Shown one piece after another: positions 12,972 through 24,592 of a stretch of 64,000 bases of DNA. A program made the position numbers and the translations under genes. The stretch lies in assembly GCA_024704765.1 (NCBI GenBank), contig JAKMXF010000002.1, forward strand, positions 69,221 to 133,220. The letters run 5' to 3'. The notes below the pieces were generated by a model. That model saw only the letters and a program-made list of their open reading frames with translations. It was not told the DNA's origin and searched no databases. This stretch comes from Oopsacas minuta (Eukaryota; Animalia; Porifera). Within the stretch, counting starts at the first letter, position 1. Every line of letters starts with the position of its first letter.

Positions 12972-14525
12972 TTAACACCAAGTTTGCTGTAAATTGATTG
13001 CTATGTCTGCATTCGATTTGTTAAATTTGGGCGGTATTGGAGGCGGATGTTCAATTAGTGGGGACAGAATTGGAGAGATTAGCTGATTGGTTTTGGGAGA
13101 ATTGCCTAAGATCAAGGAAATTTCCTTATTCTGATTGGGATCAACACATAAATCAGAAAATGCATCTAACTCACAAGAAGAGTGTGAATACTTTTGGATT
13201 GGTGATTTTTTATCATTGTGCTTGTTAAATCCGCTTGAAAGACCTCGCGAAATCTTTGAAAAAAATCTTTTAGGCGTTTTTGATTTAGTAGATGGAATTG
13301 AAGGAATATTAGGATTCAAAGATTGAATATTTTGCAAAGGTTGTTCTGGATTAGACGAATCTTCGCCATTAAAGGCAACGGAAGTTTTCATTGGCAATAT
13401 GGAATTGGAATATATTGAAGGAGTAGAAACCGCCCTGATTAATTGACAATCCCTGGTATCAATAACTGTACTACTGGGATTATCGTTTCTATCAGAGGGA
13501 TTTCTTATGAATTTCATATCAGAAAAGTTTTCATGAATTTCGTGTCGAAACGAAGGTGATGAATCTAGGCTAGACAATTTACAGTCCATATTACTTTTAG
13601 AAGTTGGCAACTTGTGTAATGGTTTGCACACGAGATCATTAGAACATTTTTTTGGGTCTTCAGAACTTAATGGATGGAGATGGTCATAAAAATCTGAGAG
13701 TGTCATAGAAGATTGACGAGTGTGAGTAAGGAATGCATTTGAGTTGAAAGATTTGCTCCTCGGCCAAGCTTTTTCCAATACTGGATCACAAAGCAAAGTT
13801 TGATTGTTAGACGGATCTTTACTGATAGAAAGTGTACCAGTGGGTAGGGTAGAGTTAGATGCTACCTGACGCTTGAGTGTTTTTTCAGGAACTGGAGGTG
13901 GTTGAATAAAAGGCTGAGATAACTGCTCATTATCACATATGGCAATATCGTCTAATCTATTGATGTTTTCAGAGCAGGAATTTGGAGGAGAAAGAGTAGA
14001 CAATTTGTAATTTACAATAAACTCGCCAAGAATATCGAAAAGGGCAGGAATATCAAAATGCGAAAAAATCTCAAATTCAACAGAATTCTGAACAAATGAA
14101 TCGTTGATGTCTAAATAGGAAGTTAAAATTGATTCAATCTCCTGTTGAGAAGGAATCCTTTGAATATTTTCCTCAGACGTTCGATATACAAGGGGATATC
14201 TCTTCGAATCCCCCGCACTGAATTCATATATAACTGCAGTTTCTTTAAGAATTAGAATTTCTTCACGGATACACATCAATGATTGTAGTAATCGTTGGTC
14301 CTCCGCTTTAAGCTCAAGACAATAATTGTTCAATGTATTAAAACAATAAGAATTATCATTATTGAGTTCTAAACAATAGTTATCTTGATCAAAAATAGAA
14401 GTATCCAAAGAAGTCGTCACCTTAGAACTAGAGTTTATGGTTGAATCTTCTATAATCGATGTCTTAATTAAATTGAATGATTTTGTTTTGAATTTCTGAG
14501 GTATTGGTGGTGGAGAGGCAGACAT
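12972..14525 (-). CDS. Uncharacterised ~517-aa Ser/Pro-rich protein with possible FAM167/LURAP1-like coiled coil and PxxPxK motifs
   Basis: 1554-nt uninterrupted ORF in AT-rich DNA; ATG at 14525 (MSASPPPIPQK); the upstream 38 codons in the track look like AT-rich non-coding DNA. No transposase or RT motifs. Function is inference only. Confidence 0.8.
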   Translation of the reverse strand: MSASPPPIPQKFKTKSFNLIKTSIIEDSTINSSSKVTTSLDTSIFDQDNYCLELNNDNSYCFNTLNNYCLELKAEDQRLLQSLMCIREEILILKETAVIYEFSAGDSKRYPLVYRTSEENIQRIPSQQEIESILTSYLDINDSFVQNSVEFEIFSHFDIPALFDILGEFIVNYKLSTLSPPNSCSENINRLDDIAICDNEQLSQPFIQPPPVPEKTLKRQVASNSTLPTGTLSISKDPSNNQTLLCDPVLEKAWPRSKSFNSNAFLTHTRQSSMTLSDFYDHLHPLSSEDPKKCSNDLVCKPLHKLPTSKSNMDCKLSSLDSSPSFRHEIHENFSDMKFIRNPSDRNDNPSSTVIDTRDCQLIRAVSTPSIYSNSILPMKTSVAFNGEDSSNPEQPLQNIQSLNPNIPSIPSTKSKTPKRFFSKISRGLSSGFNKHNDKKSPIQKYSHSSCELDAFSDLCVDPNQNKEISLILGNSPKTNQLISPILSPLIEHPPPIPPKFNKSNADIAINLQQTWC

Positions 14526-15270
14526 AGTATCGAAAAATATATAAGATCTCTTTTTTGAAAAAATAATCAAGAATACTATCGAGTATAGTCTGCACAATAA
14601 AAAGAATTGGATATTATAAATATACACTATAAAACGCAATTATGTCATTAAAGAGTCAGAGCTTTAGAACCTTATGTGTGGAAGACGTATCACCTGGAAT
14701 TTATCTTACAAATAATTCTATGAAGTGGATTAATTTAATATTGTTTTCTAATTATGTAATATGGTACCATTACAAAATGTAATGTAAAATTGTCAGCTTT
14801 ATACCCCAGTAGTTTAACAAATGTACTGTAAAAGGACCCAAAATATTTAATAAAGGTTACATAATATGGGAACAGAAATCATAAAACAGTTTGTTGATAT
14901 AATTGTTAATGATTACTTTTAGTATAATAATTAGTTATAAATATAATCTATAAAAATATAAAATTCATATTTAGTGGATAGAAAATAATCATTGGGCTCT
15001 CACAAGAGTTCAACTAGAAAATATTGACTGAATCATTTGATAATTTTGGTTTTGAGCAAAATGCAGGAGAAATATATTTCTGACAGAATGTAGAAACTCA
15101 TTTATCCATGCTCAAAAATTAATGAAAATATCAAACAATCAAGTTTTGAGCAAAAGTATCTATAATGAAGTAAGGAGAATAGAGAAAAATAATGGGAAGT
15201 GAGTTTCAAAGATTCTGATACACGTAGGGAGCGTCTGCCATCTTTAGTGGATGTATATTTCCTTACAAAC

Positions 15271-15656
15271 ACAAGAATAGCTCTACATCGATGTTTGAGC
15301 GTCTAAGATTCAAAACATTTTCTGGGTGACTTGACCCCAAGACCCCCATGATGATCCTGGGTACGCCACTGAACAAGAATAGATATCTTAGCAAAATGTT
15401 CCTATATTATGTTTTGATTCCATCTAAGTACAGGAATAGTATACGTATAAGTATACCATTATAGGCTTAATGCTTTGTGACAAGTGTAGGGATCCATGCA
15501 TCTGAAAACCATTCATACATGTGAGAAGGTGTGTTCTGAATTTGGAATAACATACAAAAGCTCCGAAACTCATGAAATTGTGAATTATAGTTTGACCTGA
15601 TGGGGCTTCGCCCATAATTAGGAACTGGGGCCCCCCAAACCTTAGTTACGCCACTG
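15271..15656 (+). repeat. ~386-bp dispersed repeat, copy 2 (hAT right end)
   Basis: Direct repeat of 7953-8338; ends in GTTACGCCACTG followed by CAAGGGAG. Confidence 0.9.
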
Positions 15657-16127
15657 CAAGGGAGTGTCGTCTAGGTCGATATTGGGAACATAGAGAGGGT
15701 GGCAATGTGAAATTACACAAATAACACCATTTAGGAATTTTCCATGTCAAAATTAAGTCAGCTCTTCTTCTATTTTCCAAAAAAAATTAAACCGAGAATA
15801 AGTATTCAAACTCTGTATAGAAGATGGGAAACCATATTCACGCACTGAATTGTCATTTTTGGAATGTTCTCATGCCTTACAATATCCGATTTCATAAAGT
15901 GGACCAAACAATATTGTATATCCAAGCTTTGACCTTATGAAGATCTTGTAAAGTTATAAAAATTTCAGGCGTGATACATATATGCGTGCATTAAAATAAG
16001 CCAATAATTCTGTTTGCGCTAAACGCAATCTTTGCTACATGTTCAGAAAAGATAGTCTGTTGTCAATCCAAAGTCCCAAGTCTTTGACTAAATTGCTCTC
16101 TCCAATTATTTTTGAATCAACTAAATA

Positions 16128-17420
16128 CAGGGTACGTCAAAATTATGGTCACCCTCAATGAAAATTTAACTTGTAGTTTTAGAACTTAGATTCTTAACGG
16201 CCCATATCCTACTATTCCTATTACGAATAGCCACTTTTACTATTACTCCCACATTCAATAAAATTGCATAGATCTATTCCTGTTATTAAAATCAATTAAA
16301 AATTCATTTCTGTCTAACATCAAAATGGATGTCAAAAATATGAAATCAAACATTAGAAACCGAGCAGTAGCTATGTTGCAAGCTGGCAAAACAAAATTTT
16401 ATGTTGCTAAGGAAGTTGAGAAATCGATCCGAACAATAAAAAGGTGCTTAAAGGAGAAAAGAGGTGAGAGTCTCGAACATCGGCAGGCTGCTGGTCGTCC
16501 AAAATCACTTTCTGGAGCATCGGAGATGTTAATCTCAAAATCTTTGGGAAACGACGCCAGTCGACATGATCTTTGGCTATGAGAATCACAGTAAGGGGGA
16601 ACCCTGTCTCTAAAGAAACAATTCACCAGCATGTAACCAGTGTTGACAAAGCCAAGCAGTATAAAGGGCAAAACACCCCATTTTGTCCGAAGTCCAGAAG
16701 GCAGGTAGACAAACGTTCTGTCAAGACAATAAAAATTGGTCAGTCAAAGACTGGAAAACGTTCTTTGGTCTGACGAATCCCCATTTCAACTTTTCCAATT
16801 AAGCAATCATCAGAATGATCGCATTTGGTTGAAAACCAATTTGAATATTCCATGTCAAAAAACAGTCAAATTTCCTCCTAAAGTGCTAAAGTGAGGTTTA
16901 GACCTCTTGATTTACAATTCCGCCTCCTATGAGGACTGATACATTTCTATGCAGCAGCATACAATGTGGAAGAAATTCTAACAAAGGTTTGTCTACCTTC
17001 ACCCAAAAGAAGAGCTTCTATAGGTACAATCTTGGAGAGAAAACATGTCCCAAGCAGGATGTGTTTCCATTAGGACACAAGAATGGTGTCGTCAGAACCT
17101 CGTTGCATTCTGGGAGAAAAAGGAATGGCCAGAAAACTCTCCAGACCTTAACCCTATCGAAGATCTTTGGTCGATTATGACATCTAAGCTTGAAGAGAAG
17201 GCACCTGCCGTAATCTCGAGGCGCTAAAATTTCAATTGAAATTAGTCTGATCAGAGATCTGCCAGTGCTTTTGGAAAGTTTAGTGAGTGGGGTGCCTAGG
17301 CGAATTCAGAAATGTATACAGATGGGAGGAGATTATATCGGCAAATAATTAGGTCTATTAATGCATTAGTTATATTTTTCTAGTACATATAGTAAGGGGA
17401 CAATAATTTTAAAACACCTC
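16128..17420 (+). mobile_element. Degraded Tc1-like transposon
   Basis: TA-CAGGGTACGTCAAAATTATGGTCACCCT left end; degenerate inverted copy ending about 17420 followed by TA. Fragments with HTH, WSDESPFQLF and WPENSPDLNPIEDLW (Glu as third catalytic residue). Confidence 0.85.
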
Positions 17421-17454
17421 TAAGGCAGCCTAGGGTTTGACTTTCCAATATATA

Positions 17455-20400
17455 ATACTTGACATTTATCAAGATTTAAGACATACAGTTCAACTCTGAC
17501 CAGTTAGAAATATACTACTTGATAAAGATAACCGACATTCAACAGAATGTGAATTGCAGTATAGCTTAATATCGCCAGCAAAAGATGAAACATGTGTAAG
17601 ATCGTCCAGTTTAAACAAACTATATTCAGAGCTTGAAGGAAGGTCATAAGTATTTATAATAGAGAATATAGGGCCTTATCAATCCTTGTGGAACACCACT
17701 CGAGACCCTGGTCCAGTTTGAGAAAGATTTACCAATTCTAACTCATTTCCTTCCAGATAAATTTGATTTTAACCAATTCAAAGATTTCCCCTTACACCAA
17801 TATATTCCAGCTTGTCTATTAGTATATTTTGTTAAACTTTATCAAAAGCTTTCGCGAATTCCATATAGACAACGTCTAAAGGCAACCCCTTGTCAATTGC
17901 ATACGTCCATTCCTCAATTACTTCTACTAACTGATTACACATGATTTTTTAGGCAAGAACCCATGCTGTTTGACTTGAATTATGTTTTGCTGAGTAGGTT
18001 TGATGATATTCTGAAATATTTTGACCACCATAGATGTTAGGGGATCAGGTCTATAATTCTCGGAAGAACACGTGAACCTTTTTGAGGTATAGGTACAGTC
18101 TGACACGACATTATCTACAATTTTCAAATTGTTTCCTAAGAACCCGTAATATTGCAAAAGCACGAAATTGATATATCTCGATCAATTTACATAAACAATA
18201 TAATACATGGTTTTGTTAGTTCAAGATTTTTTGATTTTTTACATCATTTCTTTGATTTTATCGCATCATCCTTGGTGATTACTGAGTATTTATCCCTATT
18301 CTGTGGTGAACTATAATTCTTCCAAATAAATGCAAGAAGCCAAAAGTCAAGAGGTTTCGGAGTTCTTAAAATTGAAAACAACTATAAAGTCAATTGCAAA
18401 GCGATGTGGAGTTTCTTTGAAGACCGTGTATAATGTCAAAGCTACAGTGTCAGATTCCAAGAATTTGAAGCATCGAAAAGAAGCTGGTAGACCGATGAAA
18501 TGCCTAAAAATAGCAAGATATCTCTTGCAGCCAAGCTCCGAAAAAATCCACGAGTATCTGTAAGAAGGATAGCAATTGAATTTCAGGTCACTCAGGATTT
18601 AGATATATCTAGAGAGTCGGTACGGAGGACAATAAAGAGTATGGGGCTTTCTAAGAAAGTTCCGATCAGAGGGCCGGGAATCACTCACCAGAAAGAGAAA
18701 ATACGTGTCGATTGGGCCAAGGAACATAGGAATATTCACTGGCACCAGATAATATTCACAGATGAATGTTCTATCTGGCTAAATCAGGGTAGAATTCGAA
18801 TGTGGACAAGAGGTGAACGACCAACCCTCAATATTCCACGGCATACTCCCAAAGTACACATTTGGGGAGGAATTTCTGCTCCAGGTACCGCCCCAGTAAA
18901 GGTATTCAAGCATAACTTTAATTCAGAACATTATTGTAATGTTTTAAATGAAGTTCTGTTTCAGATTTCAGAAACATTATACCCTGATGGCTGGAAATTG
19001 CAAGAGGATAATTCGAGTATCCATACATCAAAGTTTTCATGTGGTTTCAAAGAGACAGACCGTGTTAGAAGCTAGACTGGCCTCCCAATAGCCCGGATCT
19101 CAGCCATATCGAGAATTTATGGGGTGCACTGAAGCACAGAATAATGGTCAACGCTCCAAAGACAATTGAAGAAGTGGAGAGTATAATATATTCTCAGTGG
19201 GAAACGTTTGAAACTGATTTTCTTTCTAGTTTCACAAGTTCTATGAAAAAGGTGTGATCTGGTAACTGCCTCGGGTGGATAAAAGATTAACTATTAGTAA
19301 CATTATTGTTTTAGGTAATATCTATCACTCCTATACAAGAAATGTATCGTCAATTTCTTTAGTAATCAATGCTAAATTGGATCATAGTTAATTTATAATT
19401 GTAAATAATTTCGTGTCAGACTGTACTGTATCCATCCATTTCAAATCGTTTTGGGAAGATTCCCGCTTGTATGCGATTGGAAAAGATAATGTATAAAGGA
19501 AAAGCTAAAAATTAGAGTACATTTTTAATAATTTGGGATGAATACAATCCGGACCTGGTATTTTGATACCAATAATAGTTCCAACTGCTGCAGTACCATT
19601 TCTTCAGCTAGTTCCAAATCAAATACATGGTTTACGATATATAATAGAGGAGCTTTGAAAGCTCCCCTCTCTCCTGGAGAGTTGAAAACGGATGAGAAGT
19701 GCTTGGAAAACATATTAGCTAATTGTGATTCACTAGTTAATTTGCAAAATGAGTCCATTAGAGAAATATTGTGATTTGTATCAATCATCTGCTGCTTAGC
19801 GTAGGGAATTTCTTGATATTTAGGGGTGTGTTAAGATTTAGAGATGTAATAGTAGGTGATAATTTTACCTTTGGACCCTTCCCTGTGATATCTCAGTCAT
19901 TCTGCTTGGAGGTATCTTCAATCACAGCATTTCCTCTCCTATTGCAACGTTTGCGAGGTTCTTCGGAAACTTCTCTCCTTAACTCGGTTCATAGATCATT
20001 CTGAAGAATTCTCTCCTCCTGTGCAAGGTCCGGTTTCAAATACACCTTGCTATATCTAGAGTGGTTTTAAGCTTATGGCCATTAGCGACTAAGCTTTCCC
20101 TAGTGAGTTTAAAATCCAGCTTATCCTCACCGGTTTAGGTTTGTCATCTTCACGAACTCTCCCTAGTCAGCAAATATCAACCACTTTATGTTTCTCCTCA
20201 ATCACTCCGCAATAGCTAAGTACTCTTTTGAACAATCCTGAAGTTCAATGCTTTCTGAGAAACCATGAACAATAATGTTTTTTCACGCTTCTTCATCTCA
20301 TTCTCTTTGTACGCAGCAGTCTTTCGATTAACTTCCTCTTCCTTCAATAGACTTGATCATCCTCCCTCTGAGGCAGCCTTAGAGTAAGATAAGGGGTAAG

Positions 20401-20920
20401 TAGAATTTTCTCTCAATGAAGCACACTCTCTTCAACTTTATTATTTAGTTGAGCTAAAGTAATGGTAAACGTTGTTACGCAGACACGTAGCTCTACTTCT
20501 CTATTAGCAATAAGCTCATTTTTTGATTGTTCCTTGTCCGAGCAGACAATATACTAAGCTTCAAATCTGACTTGGAGAAAGAATTTAATTTATCTTCCGA
20601 AGCCTTATTCAACGAATTTAGCCATTTAGCTAACTCATCTACACCCTAATCGCTTGACAATGGAATCCTGACTATGAGGCCATTACTATCCACACCGGCA
20701 TGATTCTTCTTGGTCGTTGATCTAGGGGAAGTAGTCGCAGGAATCTTCTTCTTTCCTCTGTCTTGTGTTCTTTCACCCTCATTAGACATAACGATAAAAG
20801 TTTGTAACTTGTTCATGAAAGTTTTATTGAAGTTTTATAAAACTAATTGCTATAAGTTTTTATATGAAAGATTTGTAAAGTTTTAGTAAGGGCAAACCGA
20901 TGTGACGCAATCAAGAATAT
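17455..20920 (-). mobile_element. CR1/L2-clade-like LINE remnant (ORF1 plus RT), interrupted by Tc1 at 18096-19423
   Basis: ORF1 from ATG 20789 (IIVHGFSE, YLKPDL motifs). RT motifs ENYRP, QHGFLPKKSC, YMEFAKAFDKV (~17835-17876), SGVPQG (17683-17700), FAGDIKLY (17568-17582); pre-RT FSKHFSSVF. Heavily mutated; outer ends approximate. Confidence 0.85.
18096..19423 (+). mobile_element. Full-length Tc1-like transposon with frameshifted transposase
   Basis: 27-bp TIRs CAGTCTGACACGACATTATCTACAATT (2 mismatches), TA TSD, 1328 bp. Motifs IIFTDEC, HIWGGIS, LQEDNSSIH, DWPPNSPDLSHIENLW. Confidence 0.95.
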
Positions 20921-21420
20921 GCCAATATTGGTCATTATTAAGATAACACAATAATGATTAGAGAAATCGTATCAAAATGTATTACAATGACATGTTTTTA
21001 TGTTCGGAATTGATTGAATAAGCTAGAAGATCCCCAGGGCTGATCTTTGGCATCTAGGGTAATTTTTCGCCTGGCTGGGACATGTTTGAGTCTGGGAGGA
21101 AAATTCACGCCTATTTCGAAATTATGACCTAATTTAAACCTTTTGAGATAATCGATACATCTCAGCATTTACCATTGCTCAGCCAATAAATATTAAGCAG
21201 TTTGAAATTTAAATCATAGTTACACCTCATTATGTCAAATTTCCTGATGTCATGAATTTACCAAAAATGAAAAGTAATTATGGAAATATTAAGTAATTAT
21301 GACTCTACAACAAAAACCAATTTTTGATAATTTCATATATCTCGAGGTACGAAGTTCCGACATCAGTAACCAAAAGCCACATAGCAGCTCCAGTATTACT
21401 ACATAAGGCCGCGGCCAAAG

Positions 21421-21535
21421 TGTTAAGTTCGTAACGAAAAGGAACACGATCATTTTAGCACTTCGTTTTAACTATTCCCGCACCCTAATAAAGATTTCAG
21501 CACCTTTTGACGCCATAAAATGACACACTTTCTCC
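21421..21535 (+). repeat. Dispersed repeat fragment (paralog at 24746-24860)
   Basis: Shared blocks GAAAAGGAAC, CACTTCGTTTTAAC, TTCCCGCA and GCACCTTTTGACG.CATAAAA; family not identified. Confidence 0.65.
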
Positions 21536-22317
21536 ACAGTATTCTGGAAGATGGAATTTGGTTGTACCATGGAGGATAACAAATTTAGAGTTGAGTATAC
21601 CAAAGTTATGTACCTGTACCTGTTATCGGATCAATATAAAATTTCACTGTGTTTCTGGATCGTGTAGATTATAAAAATGCAATGAAATACGAACATAATG
21701 TATATAGGGGAAAATAAAGAAAATTTTCGGAGCCTCAGTTATACGATTTGTGGAATATTTAAAATGATTTTCATCTATATGCTTGAAATACCTTGATGTA
21801 TCTATTAAGTGCATAGATTGTGTATATCAGGACCGTGTCCATGAAAATCAAGTAGTCCGGTTGGATACTGCACAAATAAGACAAAGTGGTCATGTTAACT
21901 TGTACAACTGAACCAATTGGTGACATATTAGAAATATGCTAGCAAAATCGGTCAGGTTGAAACCTACCAACCGTGCCGATGGCTACGACTTTCAGTATAG
22001 TATATATATTATATAAAAGTGTGACTATAGCCACTGCTATAATTCTAGGCAATAATAATATTTAATATCCTTCCAGAGGTGGGTTAAAAGTATACCTAGA
22101 ACGCCAGGAGGATCTTAATCGATCTCAGATAGTAGTTACGTGTTGAGATCAGGTCATTAATATTTCGGATTATAATCATACGCATGTCACAAAGAAATAC
22201 AAGAAAAAGATTGTTAACTAAGAGCTTACTATATTACAATGCTCGGCTCAATGTGACTTGTTAAATACCTTTAATTAACAATTAGATGAATCCCAACCAT
22301 AACCTGAGAAACCTGCC

Positions 22318-22410
22318 TAAGTGGTCAGGTTAACTTAACCAACCTGACTGGGTAATGAGGTTAACTTGACCAACCTGAGTGAGTGGTCAGGTTAGCCTAA
22401 CCAACCTGAC
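22318..22410. repeat. ~30-bp tandem repeat x3 with internal inverted symmetry
   Basis: Units of the form (TC)AGGTT-N9-AACCTGA; followed by a hAT-like end CACGGCCCTG (22418-22427). Confidence 0.75.
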
Positions 22411-22837
22411 CAGCGGCCACGGCCCTGTATATGCATTGTCAATTTTGATACAATACCACCCACTGGGGGATATTAAACAATCCGTCGCGGAACTTATTGG
22501 AAGAAAAGTTAGTTTGATTTACAAATTATTCGTCAAGTTAATTGTTAGAATCCACAAATGAGCATAAAAACTGGAAAAATCATTTAGTTATTTTCTTATG
22601 CCACGTTGTTACTACCCACAACAATTGAATAATGATTACTACTGAAAATATTCCCACCTGCCAATAACTCGGCCTATAATCGAACTTCTAAAGAAGTTAT
22701 TGTGCTGATCTTCTCAAATAATATATTAGAGATCCAAAGTACAGTAGACCCTATCAAATCCGGACCACGTTGTTCGTACCTTCGCTAATCTGGACAGGGC
22801 TGAAAGATTCTACATTGATTGGAAATTTGTCTTAAAC

Positions 22838-23726
22838 TTAATCGCTTGACACAATTTTTCAATTCGTCAACTTAATAATCACTGTTTATGGTTGTCTTCT
22901 CAGGCAACCAGTCAAGGTGTATAATTCCTTCCCTATCTCAAAATACTGTTGCCATTCTCTTCCCCGTTGATTTTGTGGGTTTACCTTGATGGGTACAGGT
23001 TCATCACGTCTCTTCCACTGTTCGATTAGGTTTTGCTCTCTGATTCATAATAATGAAACCAAGTTTCATCCCCCGTCACTATACGATCCAAAAAGTCTCC
23101 CTCTGCCTTGTATCTTGAAAGTAATTCTTTGCTAACTCTGACCCTTTCGCGTTTTTGTTCTTTCGAAAGAAGTTTTGGGACCCAACGTGTAGTTACCTTT
23201 GACATTTCCAGATCTTCAGTGATAATCGAGTGTAGTGTCACTTTTATATGCCTACCTCTCTTCTAACTCTCTCAGGGTTATTCGTCTGTCCTCATCCAAA
23301 ATTGTTTGGACCCTCTCGACACTACTGCGGTTTTTGGAGGAAGTTGGACTGCCTGGACGAGGATCATCGTGGAGTTCCTCATCGCCATTATCAAAACGTT
23401 CGATCCATCTATATATGGTGGCTTTCGAAGGATGTTCATCACCAAAAATATCCTGCATTTCACGAAGAATGTATGAGCCAGTCTTCCTCTTTTCCACAGG
23501 TACCAAATTATTTGTCGTCTAACTTCTTTGCCAAAATCTATTAGTTGAAAAAAGTAGCCTATACAAATGAAACTTTATACTGAAGAATATGCTAGTAGAG
23601 CAAAGACTATATTGTATAGAAGTTAGACAATCAAGTTAGGCTTGTAATCTGATATTAAGTTTAGAGCTGTAACACCTAGAATATGAATTCGATGCATTAG
23701 TTTCATTACTTATTGAACAACACTTG
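22838..23726 (-). mobile_element. 3'-truncated copy of the 6077-7368 mariner
   Basis: Near-identical reverse complement of about 6077-6967; TIR 23699-23726 followed by TA; stops before the HDNA motif. Confidence 0.95.
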
Positions 23727-24208
23727 TAGATCTTGGTGCTGTACAATTTGCAAGAGAGTATGGTCGGGGGCACATATATTCACAGGAGCAACTTGGTCTA
23801 TTTTGGTGGTACGCGCCCACTTTAGAAATTTGGTACTCACCCAGATTTGACTCCACGATGATACAAAAAAGTATAGTGTGGGCTGGCACATGGTTGTCAA
23901 GTCTCACGGATTTCAAACGTGTCTCACTTTAACATTAAAGGTTACAACCATAGACTCTTTAAATAGATGGCCTAGTATCTGGCAATCTTAGATTAGGGAA
24001 CTTGGACCCATGTATTATGATGCAGCTTTGCGTTGTTGCGTCATAAAAATGGCAGTTCCTAGCACTACCGGCCACTCTAAGCAGCTCGTGTTGCTGTATA
24101 ATGAATTTCTTCAGGTTCGTAGCCAGGGGCAGGTAGGACCATGGCACCAACTGTAATTCTTATGTCCTTACCACATTTTCTCATCTCTTTCGCCCTGAAT
24201 ATATTATA

Positions 24209-24592
24209 CAGTCAAACTTGTCAATTATGGTCACCGATTGGACTAGCCAAAAGTGACCGTTATATACACGTGGCCGCGATTGAAAGGTTGCCGTTACAGA
24301 CAGGTATGGTAGTAATTTGAAATTATTGGCCTTTATGTAGAAAAGGTGTCTATTAACACAGGTTACAGATATATATGATAATAGAATGGACATGTTTAAT
24401 GATGGCATCCACGAAATTGTCAAAGATGGACTTTATGGGAGGTAACCGCTATATAAAGTGGCAGTTATAGACAGTTTTAGCGCCATTAAGGGACCAAAAA
24501 TGGTGGCCGCTACACAGAGGTCATTATAATGGGAATAAGGGGGACTGTTTTATGTGGCTGCTATGTGCATGTGACCGTTCAGCAGTTTGACT
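24209..24592. mobile_element. pogo/Tigger-type MITE, second copy
   Basis: TA-CAGTCAAAC left end, AGTTTGACT right end; diverged reverse-orientation relative of 5194-5622. Confidence 0.65.

Noticed and set aside
14526-14639. 38-aa N-terminal extension of the 555-aa track ORF
   Set aside because: Starts at a non-ATG codon and is F/I/Y-rich like AT-rich non-coding DNA; ATG 14525 is more plausible.
21828-22427. hAT MITE bounded by CAGGACCGTG and CACGGCCCTG
   Set aside because: Ends are a 9/10 inverted match but the 8-bp flanks (GTGTATAT versus TATATGCA) do not match, so they are not shown to be one element.
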